This document shows, one piece after another, positions 18,486-28,180 of a stretch of 54,638 bases of DNA; position 1 is the first letter of the stretch; each line of letters starts with the position of its first letter. Under the pieces are notes generated by a model. That model did no database searches. It had not been told where the DNA came from and saw nothing but the letters and a program-made list of their open reading frames with translations. Where the stretch lies: the sequence record SRR31156797_3844; one strand, 5' to 3'. A program made the position numbers and the translations under genes.

Positions 18486-19310
18486 ATGACATCATCACAA
18501 ATCTCTCTTTTCAATCGTTTTTTATTTTTAGTTAGTATTTCAATACTAGCCATTGCTTGCGGCCCAACACCAGAAGAAATAGCTAAAGAAAAATTTACAA
18601 GAGCTCAGGAGCTATATCAGCAAAAGAACTTTAACGATGCAAAGGTGGTATTGGATTCTATAATTGAAGATTTTCCTAAAGAGATTGAGTTTGTAACACG
18701 AGCCGAAGACATCATACGCAAAATAAAAATTAGTGAGCAAGAAAGAAACCTGACTTTTTATGATAGTCTGCTCTTGAAGAAAGAGGAAGAGCTAAAGGTT
18801 TATATTAAAAACTTTCGGGTTAGTAATGATTATGGCGAGAAGGAGATTTTAATTCACAAACGTCAGAAACCGCAAAACTCATACAACCGCACTTATCTTC
18901 GTGCCCACCTGGATATGGAAGGTAACTTCTATATTTCCAGCAGATACTCCGGCGATCATTACATTTATCACAATCAAATAAAAGTATACAACAAAGGTCA
19001 ATCGGTAAAAAGTGAAGTCATTCCGGAAGATGGTTTTGACAACCGAAAGTTTGAAGATGGCGGTTCTTATTGGGAAGTGGTAAATTATAAAGATGGAAAA
19101 GACAACGGCATCATTGACTTTATTGCTCAAAATGTAGATAAACCTTTAAAAGTACAGTTTATTGGAAAAAAGTACCATTACATTTTGATGGAAAAATTCG
19201 ATAAGGAAGCCATTAGCGACGGGTACGAAATTTCTTTCGTTTTAAAAGACATCACCAAACTTAAAACCGAAATTAAAAACATTAAGGCTGAACTTAAAAG
19301 GTTGAAATAA
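18486..19310 (+). CDS. Hypothetical lipoprotein (TPR-like helix pair + coiled coils)
   Basis: Lipobox ILAIAC; AQELYQQKNFNDAKVVLDSIIEDFP TPR-like segment; C-terminal heptad repeats. Confidence 0.75.
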   Translation: MTSSQISLFNRFLFLVSISILAIACGPTPEEIAKEKFTRAQELYQQKNFNDAKVVLDSIIEDFPKEIEFVTRAEDIIRKIKISEQERNLTFYDSLLLKKEEELKVYIKNFRVSNDYGEKEILIHKRQKPQNSYNRTYLRAHLDMEGNFYISSRYSGDHYIYHNQIKVYNKGQSVKSEVIPEDGFDNRKFEDGGSYWEVVNYKDGKDNGIIDFIAQNVDKPLKVQFIGKKYHYILMEKFDKEAISDGYEISFVLKDITKLKTEIKNIKAELKRLK

Positions 19311-19682
19311 TCGTATTTTAAAGGCTTTTATTCAATAATACAAAACACCTTTTTTCCATGCCAAACGTGTTAAATTAAGAAGTGCTTTTTGCTTATGATA
19401 AAGACTTTTTTTTATCCTTAAACAAAGGTGCAATCAATCAATAATTTACACCCAAGTCACACTCTCTCCAACCTAACAATATACCACTATTAAAATATAG
19501 ACTATCAGGAATTTAAGCATTATAAATACCTAAAATTAACATACTTTAAACAGTTGTTTATCTACTGCAAAAAATAATTTATCAAAAGGGTATTATTTCC
19601 TCTTTTTTTTCATTGACATTGCCCTAAATTTAGTCGTTTTTAGGAGTTTATGTAATCGTGTATATACTTAAACTCCCCAGTT

Positions 19683-22600
19683 ATGAAACATAGAATTACC
19701 TTGTTAATTTGTTTATTAACAATTTTAGGAATCAACCAAACGCAAGCGGCAGATTTAGGAGGAACAATTTCTTCAAACACCACCTTAACAGTTGACAATA
19801 GCCCTTATATTATTATTAACAATGTTACCGTTAATCCGGGCATAACTCTCACCATTGAACCGGGCGTAGAAGTTCGGTTTAATTCAAATTTTTACATCCA
19901 TGTTAGAGGTACCATGAATGCCTCTGAAGTAATTTTCACTGCTAATACAGATACACCAGTTGCCGGTTTTTACCAGGGAATATACATCGGGTATCAAGGT
20001 TATGCAGAATTTGCAGATGTATCGCTGAATAACTGTACAGTTGAATATGCTCAGCAAATGTTTGTACGAAAGGGATCACTTACCTTAACAAACAACTGTA
20101 CATTACAAAACTTCTCTGGATATGGAATTGATATTTATCAAAACGGAACACTGGACATTGACAATACAAGTGTTACCAGCACAAGTTATCCTATTTATTT
20201 CAGAGATACCAACGGCGGTAATTTTACAGTTGGTGAAAATGTTTCTTTAACCGGTAATACAAATGATTTCATCTTTATCGATTTTAGAGATTTGGATGAA
20301 GTATTTAATATGCCGGATGTTGGTATTCCTTATTATTACAACTCAGAACTTCGCATTTTAGAAAGCGGTCAGTTAAATATTGAGCCCGGTGCTGTACTGG
20401 AAGGAAATACCGGAGCTTATATTGCTGTAAACGGAATTATTAAAGCAATAGGTACCGAAGCCTCGCCTGTAACCTTTACAACAAGAGTCGGGAATAATTA
20501 TTGGCTTGGAATGAATATTAATAATGCTTCCAATGATAGTGAATGTTTACTAAAAAATTGTATCCTTGAAAATGCCACTTACGATAACAGGAGCTATTCT
20601 GCTTTAGGTATATTTGATGCTTCACCTGTGATTGACAGCTGTATTTTCCGAAACAACAATTACAATGTAGAAATTCAAGGACGTAGTTTACCTTCATTTT
20701 CAAACAACTCATTTGGTGCCTCAACAAGAGAATATTCATATCCATATAATATTTCAATGGATTGGAATGCCGAACCTTCATTTAGTGGCGACACACTTCA
20801 TTTTAACAATCTTGAGGCTCGTGCCATTGGAGTTATTGGCAATACGGTAACCAGCAATAGCCACTTACGCAAATTGAACTTTGTAGGCATTGATAATATT
20901 ACCTATTTGCTTACTGCAGATGTAACCATTGATGCTGCCGGATCTCTTGATGTTGATCCTGGAATTGTAATTAAATGTAACCAGCACGATTGGGATATAT
21001 TTGCCAATGGTCCACTAACAGGTATTGGATCGGCAGAAGAACCAATTATTTTTACACATCAGGCCGATGATGCATACGGAAATCCCTTTGATACTTACAA
21101 TAACGGAAGTAGTACCATAGGGAATTCAACCTCAGGTAGAATTTTCTTAAACAGCACGGAGCTATCTACCTTAGACAATTGGATCATAAAATACGCCGGA
21201 TATAGCAATGGTTATTATGGTGTTTATGTTCGGAATAATAATATTCTTCGTAATTCCGACATCACCAATAGTTATAGAGCGGTTTATTTTGGAGAAAGTG
21301 CTCAAATAATCAACAACGATTTTGAAGATATCAACTACTATCCCGTTAGCCGTTACTTTAATGAAGGAGAACCAACCCTAATAAGTAACACCATTAACAA
21401 TGTTACTTGTAATGGTATTAATCTGGTAGGTTTTGCTACTGACACAGCAACATTAACACCTATGAATTTTGCAGGATACAGCAACGTTGCTTATGTAATC
21501 GAAAGTAATAGAACCATTCCAACCAATGCCATCGTTAATGTTGACCCCGGTACAGTTATTAAATTCCAAAGCGGAGCATATTTATACATAGATGGTGGTC
21601 TTTCTGCCAATGGAACAAGCGGCGAGAAAATCATTTTCACTTCAATACACGATGATTCTGCTGCTGGAGATACCAATATGAACGGAACAGCTTCTGCTCC
21701 ATCATCTGGTAATTGGAATGGAATAACCTTTAATGCCGGATCGCTGGATAATATAAACCAAATCACCTATGCTGATATTCGCTATTTATATTATGGTTTA
21801 AACATAAATAGTTGTACGGTTGGAATAGACAATATGCTGATGAACTTTTCTTATCGCAACGGACTACTTATTTATGGCGATGCCAATCCTACCATTAGTA
21901 ATTCTCAATTTTACAATTTAGGAGCTGATCCAATTCATATGGATATGTTTGCAAGCCCAACATTTAGCAATAATACCGTTGCCAATGTTCCCCGAATTGC
22001 AATTAGTCTTCGCGGTCAAACAGTAAGCGGAACCGTTCCTATCAGAAGCTTTGCAGGCATCGACACCATTACTTATGTATTAAATGAGCATATGACAATT
22101 AATGATCATTTGATTATTCCGGCAGGTTTAACATTTAAATCAAACGGAGATACCAGATGGTATGTGAACGGAAGACTGGATATTTTAGGAACGGCTGACA
22201 AACCAGTTGTTTTTACCAGTTATCAGGACGATGCTTATGGATATCCAAAAGATTTAGAAATGAATGGACTTGGGACACAATATAACAGAGGATCTCATAT
22301 TTATTATTATGATGGAAGTGATGATAACAGTACGATTAGCCATGCAATTTTCCGATATACTTACACCAATGCGGTTAAATGCTATAACGCTTCTCCAACA
22401 ATTGAAAATTGCTTGTTTGAGAACTTTGCCCATCAGGGAATTTATTTGAATGGCTTAAGCACTGCAACTGTTAATAACTGTACTTTCAACAATATTGCAT
22501 ACCCATTACTTACTTCGCTTACCTCCTATCCGGGTAGCCATACAGGAAATATTATTTCTGGTTCTACAGGAAGAGGAATACGAATTTTAGATGAAACACA

Positions 22601-24173
22601 AACGCAAAATGTTACAGTAAGCAAGCATGATTTTGCAGGCGTTACCAATATACCATATATTATAGGAGATTACACCATTGGAACCAGTTCTGTAGTAACC
22701 ATCAATCCAGGCGTAGTCTTTAAGTTTGTGCCTAGCGGTGCATTGCGCGTTCATAATGGTTTAATCGCTGTTGGTACCGATTCTGAAAAGATTGTCTTCA
22801 CGGCCAGTACCGATGACTTTTTCGGTGGAGATACATATAATGATGGCGATTCTAACTTACCAAGCAGAACACACTGGTATGGTATTTACTTTTATAATGA
22901 AGCCATTGATGCCAATTGCCAGATGGATTACAATGTTATAAAACATGCCTCCAGCACCTACTATAACTGGGGAGCTGTAAACTTTGATAACTCATCGCCT
23001 AATATTAGTAATTGCCTTTTCGATAACAATCATTTTGGAATGATTTCCAGAAATAATTCCAATCCAAGTATTACCAATTGTGACTTTATAAACTTTCATC
23101 CTACACAAGGATATTCAATATGGAATTCAACTCCGGAATATACCATTGATGCGCCGAACTGCTGGTGGGGAGATGCTACCGGACCATATCATGCTACCTT
23201 AAATCCGGACGGACTTGGAAAAGCTGTTACCGATGGCGTTACTTTCACTCCATGGAATACAATATTAGGTAGTCCTGTTTTCGGTGATGTTAGTTTAAAT
23301 GGAGAAATCAAGCCCTATGATGCCTCTCTTATCTTACAACACGATGTAGGCAATATCACCTTAACTACGCAACAACAAACTGTAGCCGATGTATCTGGAG
23401 ATGCAAGCATTACAGCTTATGATGCCTCTTTAGTATTACAATATAGCATTGGTTTAATTACCAACTTTAATGACATCGTTGCTCCAATGACGATACTAAA
23501 ATCAGGTAATCCTAACCTTCTGACTATTGAAGCAGAAGATATTTATCCGGAAGGAACTGTGTTCAACATTCCGATTCGCCTCAGCAGCTCTGAAAATGTA
23601 AAAGCTGTTGGTTTAAAATTAAAATGTAATCCGGCTCATTTAAAACTATTAAATGTAACATCTGATGATATTTCAACAGGTACCATGTTAGCAAGTGGTT
23701 TTAATATGGTTAACGGAAATATTAATATCTCTATGGCCTCAGCCCATAGCCTTGATTTAAATCAGTCAACCATTTTATTACAATTTGAATTGATCAATCC
23801 GGCTGTTACCTTATCTAAGATTACACTTATTCAGGTAATGGCCAACGAAACTAATGTTGAGCACTACTTTGATATCACAGTTGTTCCTCCAGTTTCCACT
23901 TTAGTTGATGAATCAGAACAAGAAGCTGTCCAAGTTTTCTTTGTTGATGGAAACATGAAGATACAGGTACCAATCGACACAAGTATTCCTGAATCCACCA
24001 TCACGGTTACCGATTTAAGTGGAAGAACATTACATCAATGGTCGAGCAGCCAATTAGATGCTGGCGAATATAGTTACGACATTCCTGGAATTACTGATGA
24101 GAATTCAGCGATACTGCTGATCACAATCAGTAATAAGGAATTTAGCATAACTAAAAAAGTATCGGCACAATAG
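19683..24173 (+). CDS. Secreted right-handed beta-helix repeat protein with dockerin, cohesin-like domain and T9SS CTD (protein A)
   Basis: Signal peptide; five G.L.A.GT...(P/K)I.FT modules; beta-helix cap NCWWGDATGP; duplicated Ca-loop dockerin GDVSLNGEIKPYDASLILQ / ADVSGDASITAYDASLVLQ (about 23280-23468); cohesin-like sandwich (about 23520-23850); CTD-like end DLSGR...TKKV. Confidence 0.85.
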   Translation: MKHRITLLICLLTILGINQTQAADLGGTISSNTTLTVDNSPYIIINNVTVNPGITLTIEPGVEVRFNSNFYIHVRGTMNASEVIFTANTDTPVAGFYQGIYIGYQGYAEFADVSLNNCTVEYAQQMFVRKGSLTLTNNCTLQNFSGYGIDIYQNGTLDIDNTSVTSTSYPIYFRDTNGGNFTVGENVSLTGNTNDFIFIDFRDLDEVFNMPDVGIPYYYNSELRILESGQLNIEPGAVLEGNTGAYIAVNGIIKAIGTEASPVTFTTRVGNNYWLGMNINNASNDSECLLKNCILENATYDNRSYSALGIFDASPVIDSCIFRNNNYNVEIQGRSLPSFSNNSFGASTREYSYPYNISMDWNAEPSFSGDTLHFNNLEARAIGVIGNTVTSNSHLRKLNFVGIDNITYLLTADVTIDAAGSLDVDPGIVIKCNQHDWDIFANGPLTGIGSAEEPIIFTHQADDAYGNPFDTYNNGSSTIGNSTSGRIFLNSTELSTLDNWIIKYAGYSNGYYGVYVRNNNILRNSDITNSYRAVYFGESAQIINNDFEDINYYPVSRYFNEGEPTLISNTINNVTCNGINLVGFATDTATLTPMNFAGYSNVAYVIESNRTIPTNAIVNVDPGTVIKFQSGAYLYIDGGLSANGTSGEKIIFTSIHDDSAAGDTNMNGTASAPSSGNWNGITFNAGSLDNINQITYADIRYLYYGLNINSCTVGIDNMLMNFSYRNGLLIYGDANPTISNSQFYNLGADPIHMDMFASPTFSNNTVANVPRIAISLRGQTVSGTVPIRSFAGIDTITYVLNEHMTINDHLIIPAGLTFKSNGDTRWYVNGRLDILGTADKPVVFTSYQDDAYGYPKDLEMNGLGTQYNRGSHIYYYDGSDDNSTISHAIFRYTYTNAVKCYNASPTIENCLFENFAHQGIYLNGLSTATVNNCTFNNIAYPLLTSLTSYPGSHTGNIISGSTGRGIRILDETQTQNVTVSKHDFAGVTNIPYIIGDYTIGTSSVVTINPGVVFKFVPSGALRVHNGLIAVGTDSEKIVFTASTDDFFGGDTYNDGDSNLPSRTHWYGIYFYNEAIDANCQMDYNVIKHASSTYYNWGAVNFDNSSPNISNCLFDNNHFGMISRNNSNPSITNCDFINFHPTQGYSIWNSTPEYTIDAPNCWWGDATGPYHATLNPDGLGKAVTDGVTFTPWNTILGSPVFGDVSLNGEIKPYDASLILQHDVGNITLTTQQQTVADVSGDASITAYDASLVLQYSIGLITNFNDIVAPMTILKSGNPNLLTIEAEDIYPEGTVFNIPIRLSSSENVKAVGLKLKCNPAHLKLLNVTSDDISTGTMLASGFNMVNGNINISMASAHSLDLNQSTILLQFELINPAVTLSKITLIQVMANETNVEHYFDITVVPPVSTLVDESEQEAVQVFFVDGNMKIQVPIDTSIPESTITVTDLSGRTLHQWSSSQLDAGEYSYDIPGITDENSAILLITISNKEFSITKKVSAQ

Positions 24174-24182
24174 TCATTAACC

Positions 24183-24207
24183 GAAGAGAGGAACTTATCC
24201 TCTCTTC
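24183..24207 (+). other. Intra-operon stem-loop without U-tract
   Basis: Perfect 10-bp stem GAAGAGAGGA / TCCTCTCTTC with a 5-nt loop in the 50-nt gap between genes A and B. Confidence 0.8.
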
Positions 24208-24223
24208 ATAAATCATTAGCACT

Positions 24224-27200
24224 ATGGATACGTTTCGCCATTATATAAAGCTGTGTATACTGAGTTTGATTTTACTATCGAGCCCAGCTATATATGCACA
24301 GACGATCGAATTTAATATACAAGGTGCCAGTATTGAAGAACAAGATACTTTTGTGGTTGCCTTGCAAACAAGTACGGATCTTGCCGGAGAAGGTGTTTAT
24401 GCCTATCGATTCCAGGTCACTTATCCAACATCTTATTATGAATTTCTAGATGTTGATTCTGTTGGAAGCATGCTCGATTCATGGGGTTTGCCTACAATCA
24501 ATTCCAGCACTCCCGGTGCTTTAAGAATGTCGGGAGCAGGAGCTAATGCTCTAGAAGGAACGGGCGATGTAATTTATTTAAAATTCAGAGCCGTTCGTTC
24601 CGGGAATAATTATATTGGATTTGATAGTAACCAATCCTATGTGAATGAAGGAGCTCCTGCTTCCTCTTTTACCAGTGGATATATTACTGCTTCTGCCATC
24701 TCTTATCCAAATATAAGTCCGGATAGTGGACAAATGTTTGTGGGAGATGCCATCACTTTATCCGCTTCTGGAGGATTGGCGCCATACACCTACAGTTCAG
24801 CCAATAATGCCGTCGCTCTTATTGAAGATGACAATATACTCAGGGCTGTTGGCCCCGGATACACCAAAGCCTATGTTACAGATGACAATGGCAATATCAA
24901 TTACACCTCTGGAAGTTTTGATGTAAGAGGTGTTCGAATGAAGATACCTAATGACGTTACCGGATGGCCAACAGAAACCATTCTTCTTCCTTTGGAAATT
25001 GAGGTGGCTTCCGGAACGCAAATCTTTTCAGGTACCATTGAAATTTCCTTTCCTTCCGGAGTTACACCTTCTGAAGATCCGGTTCAGCAAGGAGATTTTA
25101 CAACCAGCCTTGAACGTAGGGTGATTGGCAGCAGACTTCATTTGACCTTTGCTTCATCTACTCCTATTACTGGTACAGGCGTTTTAGTATATATTCCTTT
25201 TGAAGCTATTAATTCGGGGAATCACTATATCGCATTTCAAAATACCTTGTTTGATGAGACTTTACTTTCGTTTAACACTAATGACTACATCAGAATTAGT
25301 ACACTACCTGTATTAAGCATTAGTCCAACAAGTGGATCTATATCATACGGAGAAACCATCAATTTGACCGTGAGTAATGGAAATCCTCCGTATACCTATG
25401 AGGTTTCAGATACCGATGTTGCTTCTGTTGATGAAAGTGGAGTAGTTACCGGAATATCAGGCGGTACTTTTAATGTTACTGCCACAGATAACTTTGGTGC
25501 CAGCATTACCACAGGTATATTTACGGTTTATGACCACACTCTGCAAATAAATAACACTGATGGTAATCTGGATGTAGATACAAGAGTAGCCATTAGTACT
25601 TCTCAATTACCAACAGGTAGGGATATTTACAGTTTTGAAGGTAACATCACCTTTAATACAAATCAGCTTGAACTTGTTAGTATAGAACCGCTCAACTCCA
25701 GTATGATTATTGAATCAATTGTAGAAGGCGGGAATATTCAGCTAGTAGGTGCCAGCACAAATCCAATTGATTTAAATGATGTATTTTATCTCAATTTCCG
25801 AATTAAGAATACCGTTCCTGTTTTAGGCACAAGCAGTGTTAATTTTGGTAGTTTTAGTTTAAACGAAGGACAGTTATTTAGCATACTTGACAATGGTGTT
25901 ATAACACGCGTAGAACAAGATTCTTATCGACCGGTAGCTGATGCTGGGAATAACTTTTCAGCCAACGAAAACACTAATATACAACTAGATGGATCCGGCT
26001 CCTATGATTTAGATGATGATCCGATCACTTATTTATGGACTGCACCGGAAGGAATCGTTTTAGACGATGCCACACTGGTTAATCCAAGTTTTGATGCGCC
26101 GGAAGTGAATCAAAATACTATTTTAACATTTAGCTTAATCACTAACGATGGCACCAGTGATTCTGATCCTTCAATGGTTGATGTAACCGTGCTTCAGGTT
26201 AACAAAGTACCAACCGCTCATGCCGGAGAAGATGCCTCTTATCCCGAAGGCAATAGCGTAAGTTTAGATGGTTCCGCTTCAAGCGACCCTGATGATCAGG
26301 AATTAATTTTCAATTGGGAATCACTGGATGGCATTGTTCTTTTCAATACGCACAGTGAAACACCTTCCTTTATTGCACCTTCTGTTGAGGACAATACCAG
26401 CTATCGTTTTAAATTAACTGTAAACGACGGGATAGCCGATTCTGAAGCAGATACGGTGACAATAGAAATTCTTCAGGTTAACCAGATACCAGTAGCTTTT
26501 GCAGGTTCTGATCAAACTATTAACGAAGGTGATCCGGTTCAACTGGACGGTTCTTTATCGCATGATCCAGATAATGATGCAATCACGTACTTGTGGACTG
26601 CACCTCCTGAAGTTACGCTATCGTCAAATACCATTGCACAACCGGAATTCACAGCACCTTTTGTGCACTATGATTCAACATTGGTATTTAGTCTGGTAGT
26701 AAATGACGGACAAGCCAACTCTGTTGCCGATGAAGTTCATATTTATGTAAAAAACATAGATATATTAAGTACAGAAGCTAATATACTTGGTATCACTTTA
26801 GCCAATATGTCTTCTGTAGATATTGACGAAGAGCAAGCTACAGCTGTTATGCATATGCCGTATGGTTACGATGTAAGAGACTTGGCTCCGGTATTTAATT
26901 TATCAGAATGGGCTAAAATCAATCCTATCGGAGGAACACATCGTGATTTTTCTATTCCGCAAACATATGTAGTTACAGCAGAGGATATGACCACCACAAA
27001 AACATGGACTGTGAGCGTTCATATTCCTGACGTAACCTTGAGTAGAAATATTTCAGCAGGTTGGAATATGTTATCATTACCTGTTATACCGAACAACCCG
27101 GCAATTGACGAAGTAATGAGCAGCTTAAGTTTTGAAGAGCTGGATTACATTAAATCTCCGTTTGCTTCGGCTACATGGTACAGTGGTTATGGCTGGTATG

Positions 27201-28180
27201 GTGATTTAGATGAATTCCCATATTTCCTTACAACAAAACTGTATAAAAATGTAACAGGTACCTGGGAAGTTACTGGTAAAGAAATCAATCCTACTTTGGA
27301 ATCCGTTCCGATAACATGGGGTTGGAACAGTTTACCTTACTTATTAAATGCAGATGCGGATATTAACGAAGCGATTATTCCTTCATCTATTCCAAACGGT
27401 AATGTACTTATAAAAGGGGAAGCTGGTGCTTCTGTTTATTATTCAGAATCCGGATGGACTGGTGATATTACACAATTGAACCTGATGCACGGATACAAAT
27501 TAAATGTGCAAACTTCTGGTTCTATTAGATACGATGCAGATGCAGTATCAGCTGGACAAGGCATAGCAGCTTTAAAAAGCACCAAGGAAGTCAATTCGTT
27601 CTATCAACAATATAGCTATTCAGCTAATATTATTGGAGAACTGGCCGATGCAAATGGGGCAGCTATTACCCAAAAGGGAGATTGTTTGATGGCATATAAT
27701 AATGGAGTATTATGCGGTAAAGCCAATGCTGTTTATGCTGGCGGTTTAAACCGATACATCTTTGTGCTGACATATTATGGTAACCATACTGATGAAAACA
27801 TCACGTTTAGAGCTCAGCATCAAGGCAAAGAGCTGTCTCTTGATCGTGCCATTTTATTTAAAGCAGATGATGTAATTGGAGGAGCCTATCATCCTGAAAT
27901 ATTAATCGCGCCTGTTAGTACAGGATCTATTTCAGAAGAATTGGAAAACACGCTAACAATTGCTCCTAATCCGGCAGATGATGTCCTTTATATTTACAGT
28001 ACACATCCTATTAAAAACAAGGTGATATACAATGCCACAGGTTCAATTGTATTGGAAGAAGACAATAACCAAAGTGCTGCCTCAATCAATATTAGTCAGC
28101 TACCTCCGGGAATATACTTTATAGAGGTTGAAACAGAAGCACAGGTTTATCTACATAAGTTCATTAAAAGAAGTAAGTAA
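24224..28180 (+). CDS. Scaffoldin-like T9SS protein: 3 cohesin-like, 2 Big_2, 3 PKD-like and further Ig-like domains, CTD (protein B)
   Basis: Signal peptide; three cohesin-like units (for example GVYAYRFQVTYPTSYYEF...GTGDVIYLKF, IYSFEGNITFNTNQLELVSI...FYLNFRI) alternating with Big_2 (ISP...GGLAPYTYSSANNAVA); three P.A.AG.D....LDGS.S.DPD...Y.W repeats; YVVTAED domain; paired GWN motifs; CTD IAPNPA...YNATG...LPPGIYFIEV...KFIK. Confidence 0.85.
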   Translation: MDTFRHYIKLCILSLILLSSPAIYAQTIEFNIQGASIEEQDTFVVALQTSTDLAGEGVYAYRFQVTYPTSYYEFLDVDSVGSMLDSWGLPTINSSTPGALRMSGAGANALEGTGDVIYLKFRAVRSGNNYIGFDSNQSYVNEGAPASSFTSGYITASAISYPNISPDSGQMFVGDAITLSASGGLAPYTYSSANNAVALIEDDNILRAVGPGYTKAYVTDDNGNINYTSGSFDVRGVRMKIPNDVTGWPTETILLPLEIEVASGTQIFSGTIEISFPSGVTPSEDPVQQGDFTTSLERRVIGSRLHLTFASSTPITGTGVLVYIPFEAINSGNHYIAFQNTLFDETLLSFNTNDYIRISTLPVLSISPTSGSISYGETINLTVSNGNPPYTYEVSDTDVASVDESGVVTGISGGTFNVTATDNFGASITTGIFTVYDHTLQINNTDGNLDVDTRVAISTSQLPTGRDIYSFEGNITFNTNQLELVSIEPLNSSMIIESIVEGGNIQLVGASTNPIDLNDVFYLNFRIKNTVPVLGTSSVNFGSFSLNEGQLFSILDNGVITRVEQDSYRPVADAGNNFSANENTNIQLDGSGSYDLDDDPITYLWTAPEGIVLDDATLVNPSFDAPEVNQNTILTFSLITNDGTSDSDPSMVDVTVLQVNKVPTAHAGEDASYPEGNSVSLDGSASSDPDDQELIFNWESLDGIVLFNTHSETPSFIAPSVEDNTSYRFKLTVNDGIADSEADTVTIEILQVNQIPVAFAGSDQTINEGDPVQLDGSLSHDPDNDAITYLWTAPPEVTLSSNTIAQPEFTAPFVHYDSTLVFSLVVNDGQANSVADEVHIYVKNIDILSTEANILGITLANMSSVDIDEEQATAVMHMPYGYDVRDLAPVFNLSEWAKINPIGGTHRDFSIPQTYVVTAEDMTTTKTWTVSVHIPDVTLSRNISAGWNMLSLPVIPNNPAIDEVMSSLSFEELDYIKSPFASATWYSGYGWYGDLDEFPYFLTTKLYKNVTGTWEVTGKEINPTLESVPITWGWNSLPYLLNADADINEAIIPSSIPNGNVLIKGEAGASVYYSESGWTGDITQLNLMHGYKLNVQTSGSIRYDADAVSAGQGIAALKSTKEVNSFYQQYSYSANIIGELADANGAAITQKGDCLMAYNNGVLCGKANAVYAGGLNRYIFVLTYYGNHTDENITFRAQHQGKELSLDRAILFKADDVIGGAYHPEILIAPVSTGSISEELENTLTIAPNPADDVLYIYSTHPIKNKVIYNATGSIVLEEDNNQSAASINISQLPPGIYFIEVETEAQVYLHKFIKRSK

